Below the pieces are notes generated by a model. That model did not search any database. It saw nothing but the letters and a program-made list of their open reading frames with translations, and was not told the DNA's origin. The position numbers and the translations under genes were made by a program. Positions 62,113 through 64,000 of a stretch of 64,000 nt of DNA are shown in pieces; position 1 is the first letter of the stretch; every line of letters begins with the position of its first letter. Location: contig CDMY01000285.1 in assembly GCA_001179505.1 (NCBI GenBank), forward strand, positions 62,001 through 126,000, given 5' to 3'. This DNA is from Vitrella brassicaformis CCMP3155 (taxonomy: Eukaryota; Protista; Chromerida).

Positions 62113-64000
62113 TGGGTGTGATGCTGTCTGCGCTGTGTTGACGGCAGCGAGGCAAAGAGATAGATAGCTTCTATCGTTTGTCCATGCTGGTCTCCGGTCT
62201 TGTGTGTGTTGTGTTGTGTTGCGTTGTGTTGTGTTGTGCGTCTGTCTGTTGTGTGTGGCTTACATATTCCCTTCCTTCCTCCTGCCAGCACCAGGTAGCC
62301 TTCCTTCGGGGTCGTTTGAACGGCCAGCAGAGCCTCAACGCCGACTTAGTCAGGCGAATACGCATGCTCGAATTCGCACTCAGACAGGAAAGGTGGCAAA
62401 GGGACACAGGGACACACACCGACGCGCGTGCTGACGGGATGTCGTATCCATCGTCGCATCGTCCCTTTGGTGGTTTCTTGGTGTCTGTCAGGGTCAAGTA
62501 TGCGCGGCTCGCTCAGCACTTTGCAGAGCGCGAGAGGGGCGCCTTCCCTCCCGTAAGCAGCCAAACAAACCAAACCAAACCAAACCACACACGAGAACAG
62601 ACAGACAGACAGACGGGCATCGATCGTTCCCACATAGACGCATTTTTTCTCTTTCTCCCCCCTTGTGTGTGCTGTGCGTCAGAGTGACCCTGGCCCGTCC
62701 TCTGGTCCCCCCCGTCCGCCGCGACCCGACAGCGACAGCGACCACGACGGACACAACGGCCCCCGGCCGTCCCGCACCTCTCTCACACACGCCAGACCCG
62801 CCAAACAGACTCAGCTGCAGCCCAGGCCATCACCCGCCACACACGGTGGTCACGCGGCGGCAGGCCCAGCCACAAAGGCCGCCACCCCCAGCGGCCCCAG
62901 TGGTGCATCGGTGGACGGTGAGCCTGACGGCGGTACTGCTGCTGCTGGTGGTGGTGCTGGTGGTGGTGGTGGTACGGTTCCTGTGCCTGGCGAGGGCGAG
63001 AGTGAGGGCATGGAGGTCATTGAGCCCGGCAGCAAGCAGCTGCAACAGCAGCTCCAGCAGCAGCAGGAGGACCGGCGCGTCCCACTGAGTGGTCTTGGTG
63101 GCGGTGGGGTGGATGAGGACACACACGACGAGGGTGAGAGGCTGGACGGCGACACGATGATGGGTCAGCAGGAGAGAGAGGGGCAGCTGGAGGGTGGTGG
63201 AGGTGACCGTGATCGTGATCGTGAAGACGATGGGCCTCACCCGCACTCCCACCCTCATGAGCATGAGCATGACAATGGCGTCGAGGACGACAATGGCGTG
63301 GCTGAGGGGGAGGGCCTCCGGCGCCAGTTTGACGAGGCCTGGGAGGAGGTCGCACGGAAGGTCCCGCAGATGGCCGATACGCTACGTAAGCTGGGCGGAC
63401 CAACGACGTGCTTGTATCTCTCTCTCTGCGTCCTGTCTTGTCATTCCCTCGTTTCTCTGTGTCGGTCGGTCGGTCGGTCCGTCTGTCAGAGTCTCTGAGT
63501 TTGTTGCGGTATTTTAAAGGCCTGCTGCCGACGAAGCGCTGCCGTAGCAGCCTGCTCATACTCAGAAAGTGCGCACCCCACCGCACACACACACGGACAC
63601 AGAAGCCGACACACACACGACACGACAGGAGGCCGCTGTGTGTTGTGTGTGGTCATTCAGTTTCCTGCGCAACGATGGCAACTTGGACAATGACGAGCTG
63701 CTCAAGAAGCTGCTCGAGAGCATCAAACGTAAGGGAGGGAGCCGGCAAGGCAAAGGGCAGAGAGGGATGGTGTGTGGTGGTGGATGTGATGTGTCTGGCT
63801 GGTATGGTTGGTATGGTGTAGAGGAGTTTGAGGGCGAGATCCCCGAAGTGCTCACCTGGAGCGAGGAACAACGAATGTACCCAGAGCACCAAAGCACCCA
63901 CCCGCAGCACCAAAGCCACAGCGCTGATGCAACACTGTCTGTCTGTCTCCCTCTGAACCCTCTGTGTGTCGATCGTATCTATGGATCAGCCGCAGCGCCG
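61880..64000 (+). CDS. STRN: Striatin-family protein, N-terminal part; the gene runs off the window
   Basis: EWKSQVERERADHIFEKAELE / QVAFLRGRLNGQQSLNADLVRRIRMLEFALRQER / VKYARL matches the striatin N-terminal coiled coil. The WD40 repeats lie outside the window. Confidence 0.85.

Overview
Eukaryotic, GC-rich, intron-dense genomic window. The likely source is a chromerid alveolate, most like Vitrella brassicaformis. This is inferred from short introns filled with (GT)n/(CTGT)n/(GGAT)n repeats, signal-plus-transit-peptide plastid presequences, a RAP-like protein and a lineage-type ankyrin family gene. I can assemble about 15 intact multi- or single-exon genes by hand: a giant eIF4E-family protein, a UBR N-recognin E3 ligase, an FkbM-like protein, a ChaN-like protein, a RAP-like protein, a CNNM transporter, an acetyl-CoA transporter, an orphan secreted protein, a heme-oxygenase-like protein, RPL4, XRCC3, a choline transporter-like protein, MCMBP, an RlmB/MRM1 methyltransferase and a 3'-truncated striatin. 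There are also two probable pseudogenes (ankyrin family, ERD2), a truncated inverted duplicate, one low-confidence hypothetical gene and five 300-N assembly gaps. Almost all genes sit in tight head-to-head pairs, and most of those spacers carry a GCGAGCT motif. The most interesting items are a roughly 1,100-aa eIF4E with a PAM2-like motif, a plastid-targeted heme oxygenase homolog lacking the proximal His, a ChaN protein with a tripartite thylakoid-lumen presequence, and the candidate promoter motif. All exon boundaries were read by eye and are approximate. No tRNA, rRNA, CRISPR array or autonomous transposon was recognised.
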